64,000 nucleotides of DNA from positions 89,669-153,668 of the forward strand of contig CAVQMY010000027.1 in NCBI GenBank assembly GCA_963713705.1, given 5' to 3'. Numbering within the stretch: the stretch's first letter is position 1; every line of letters starts with the position of its first letter. The notes beneath the pieces are model-generated. The model searched no databases. It was not told the origin of the DNA and saw only the letters and a program-made list of their open reading frames with translations. A program made the translations under genes and the position numbers. Of this stretch, positions 61,249 to 64,000 are shown one piece after another. This DNA is from an uncultured Verrucomicrobiae bacterium. GTDB lineage: Bacteria; Verrucomicrobiota; Verrucomicrobiia; Palsa-1439.

Positions 61249-63059
61249 TCACTGGCTAATGTGCAGTCGCGCGAGTGCGCTTCTCGCTTCAGTAAGATCA
61301 GGGTTGCTCCGCAAGGCCCGCTCATAATGTTGGATGGCTTCTTGGACCCTGCCGGCGCGTTCCAAGGCGACCGCCAGATTGTAGTGGGCCTTGACGTAGT
61401 CAGGGTTGAGACGCAGCGCCTGCTCGTATTGTTCGATTGCCTCTGGCACCCGGCCCGTCTGCTCAAGGGCAATGCCCAAATTAAGGTGCGCCTTGGGGTA
61501 GTCGGGGTAGAGACGCAGCGCTTGCTCGTACTGTTGGATCGCCTCGGAAACTTTGCCTTCCTGAAACAGCGTAACGCCCAGAATGTGGTGCGCCTCGGCG
61601 TGGTACTCAACACTCGCCAGGAGGTTGAACACCACCGAGAACCCCAGCAGCAGGCACCAAACCGAGCGCGCCGCACGCCTCCTGGTCGGACGGTTTACCA
61701 GGGCATGTTCCAGCCCGAGAATACCAATCACGGCCAGCAGCAACAGCGCGGGCAGGAATTCTACTTCATAACGTACAGAGGTATAGTAGAATAGGCCAAC
61801 GGTCAGGACACTGGTCCAGAACAGCAGTGCCACCGTCGCCACAAACCACCGCAAGAGTGAGCCCGCCGCGCCGATTGGCTCCGCCATGTCAGTGGCGCGG
61901 CTAGTGTGGTGTCACTGAAATGCCTTTCCAATGTCCATCTGGTCAAAATGAAGCGATTCATTGTAACGAAGCGTTAGGGACAGCACACTAGCGCCAGCCA
62001 CGCAAGGGGAACGTTCGCCAGGATACCGAATGGCGCTTCCACATTGCCGTGGCCCGGCGGCAAGGGTGGCACCGCCATCTTCTGCACGTAAGGAAATTGA
62101 CGACCCCAGCCTACTGACTTCAGGAAATACAGGCGGAGGTTGAACCAAAGATAGTGCAGATTGAAGCCGTGCACAGACGCCGGGTGATTGTCGCCGGCCA
62201 ACAGGTAACGCACGCCAAATTCGAACGGGCTTCCGAATCGCAGCGCATTGTAAAGCATCAACCCCAGTCCGATCAGCATGATCGGAACGGTCGCCGCCAT
62301 CAGTCGCGCACAAATCCGCTGCTGCCCACCACGCCACGCTTGAATCACCGGCACCACCAGGATGACCGCGCCGAACAGCAACGAGGGCCGCGCTCCCACT
62401 GCCAGCCCGTAAGACACACTCGCCGCCGTTAGCCACCGACAGCTCCGCTCCGGCTCGTGCAACGCACACCAGATCGCCGCCAGCGCCAGCATGGTCAGCA
62501 TATACCCGCAACAGATCGGCACTTGGTAAACGTCGGCCTGCGACAATAGTACCGGCGCACCGGTCGCCAACCCGAGCGCCAGCGCACACGCCGCGATGAC
62601 GACGACGCTTACTTCAGCAAAGTAGCGCCGCCATAATGCGAACAGCAGGCCCACGCTGGCCAGAAATCCGACCGCACAAAAAATCGCCGCGGCCTGACGA
62701 TGAAACAAGTAGTGGCCGGTCATCGCGGCGAACGGCCAGAACAGGATCAAGGCGGGCGTGACCCCGTGGTACAGGTAAAGCCGCCCTTTGTAGTAGCTCA
62801 GGTCGTGCAGCCGGTACGGCATGAGCCGATAGGGTGCATTCGCCGTCGCATCGTAGGGATCGGCAAGTTGTGCGAGCCCGGGCGGAACCGCCTTTTGTAA
62901 ACTGAGATGGCCGGCTCCAAAACCGCGCACTAGTAAATTGTAATAAGTGTCCGCCGCACTCGGACTCAGCAGTTCCAACAAGCCCGATTGGGCTATGTAC
63001 GCGTAAACCCCGATCACCAGAACGCACACCGCAGCGAGAAATACCCACGCCCTCTTCAT
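61249..63059 (-). pseudogene. Polytopic membrane protein with C-terminal TPRs (possible GT-C glycosyltransferase), split by a MITE
   Basis: The N-terminal ORF stops at a TAA inside the MITE. The C-terminal ORF has three TPRs (AHxNLGxAL...EAIxQYEQALRL.PD). Confidence 0.75.
61901..61991 (+). mobile_element. 91-bp CTAG-bounded MITE, copy 3 (intragenic)
   Basis: Identical to copy 2; inserted at CTAG within the codons GCG CTA GCC. Confidence 0.92.
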
Positions 63060-63111
63060 TGCGCCACCGAACTTGGATAATGGATCTGTACTCGCGGCCA
63101 GTTTGACCCTG

Positions 63112-63771
63112 TCACGTTCCTGTTTCCCGTGTCAATGGCACAAACAAAACCGCCGTTACATTGCGGGTGACGATTTCACCATCGGAACCTTTCTGAACGA
63201 GCAGGAGCGATTGTTCTCCGTGGGGTTCGCCCACAGGAATTGCCATCCGTCCACCGGGCTTGAGTTGTTGTATCAACGGCGGCGGGACATGCTCGGCACC
63301 GGCAGTCACGACAATCGCATCGAATGGCGCATGCTCGGGCCAACCCAGATAGCCATCGGCGTGTTTGACGTGTATGTTCCTGTAGCCGAGACGTTGTAAT
63401 CGATCCGCCGATTCGCTGGCCAGCGGCTCAATGATCTCGACCGAGTAAACCTCCGCGGCAATCTCAGCCAAAACCGCCGTCTGGTATCCGCAACCGGTGC
63501 CAACCTCCAGCACCTTCGCCGCGGGTGTGAGGTGTAATAATTCTGTCATCAACGCGACGATATATGGCTGGGAAATGGTTTGGCCGTACCCGATGGGCAG
63601 CGGATGATCTTCGTAGGCCGCGTCGGTCAGATGTTCGGGCACGAATTCGTGCCGGGGGACTTTACGCATCGCGGCAAGCACACGTGGGTCGGAAACCCCG
63701 CGGGATTCGATCTGTTCTCGAACCATCATGACATCACTTCTGACGCCACCGCGGCCCTGCGCCCATCCCAA
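63112..63771 (-). CDS. pcm: Protein-L-isoaspartate O-methyltransferase (start may be 63729)
   Basis: VPRHEFVP, AYEDHPLPIGYGQTISQPY, VLEVGTGCGYQ, GWPEHAPFDAI, QQLKPGG. Confidence 0.95.
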   Translation of the reverse strand: MGWAQGRGGVRSDVMMVREQIESRGVSDPRVLAAMRKVPRHEFVPEHLTDAAYEDHPLPIGYGQTISQPYIVALMTELLHLTPAAKVLEVGTGCGYQTAVLAEIAAEVYSVEIIEPLASESADRLQRLGYRNIHVKHADGYLGWPEHAPFDAIVVTAGAEHVPPPLIQQLKPGGRMAIPVGEPHGEQSLLLVQKGSDGEIVTRNVTAVLFVPLTRETGT

Positions 63772-63787
63772 CCTGCATCAGGCGCGT

Positions 63788-64000
63788 CTACGTGGCGTCC
63801 TCTTCGGGCACCGAAGCCTGGCCGCCTTTGCGGGCCAGATACTCCTCGACGCGCAGCAGGCCGTCTTCGCCCGCGCGACGAATCACCTTCAGAAGATTAT
63901 CCATCGAGGAGACTTCTTCCAGCTGTTCCTTGACGAACCACTGCAGGAAATTGTCCGTGGTGTAATTGACTTCCTTCTTGGCCAGATCGACGAGCTTGTG
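63788..64000 (-). CDS. Ferritin, 3' part only
   Basis: Minus strand reads HKLVDLAKKEVNYTTDNFLQWFVKEQLEEVSSM...EEDAT*. Confidence 0.8.
   Translation of the reverse strand, partial: HKLVDLAKKEVNYTTDNFLQWFVKEQLEEVSSMDNLLKVIRRAGEDGLLRVEEYLARKGGQASVPEEDAT

Overview
GC-rich (~60%) bacterial chromosomal window. Its gene families and intergenic repeats resemble Verrucomicrobiota/PVC (inference). The housekeeping backbone is a tandem double-length uvrA, gltX, pgsA-like, glnS, class II RNR nrdJ with an NrdR box, der, rsmB, an ECF sigma/anti-sigma cluster, lepB, crcB with a fluoride riboswitch, an APC permease/PP2C-kinase/porin/Amt block, an S55 protease/beta-propeller/ABC operon, a hybrid histidine kinase, pcm and ferritin. 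Small accessory slots interrupt it. They hold IS630, ISAs1 and a truncated IS1182, three identical 91-bp CTAG-bounded MITEs, REP-like hairpin clusters, three type II TA pairs, a Fic gene, a decayed restriction-modification locus and several solitary HEPN or PD-(D/E)xK-like ORFs. The most unusual structure is at 12.7-15.2 kb. A padR gene, split by IS630, has a 21-bp palindrome over its promoter. It is followed by two diverged, exactly 500-bp non-coding units, each carrying two more palindromes and ending in a fresh copy of the padR 3' end with its own stop codon. Many genes carry single-base frameshifts, and glnS and nrdJ (16.8-22.2 kb) carry many; these are probably sequencing or assembly errors. 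No tRNA, rRNA or CRISPR array was recognised.
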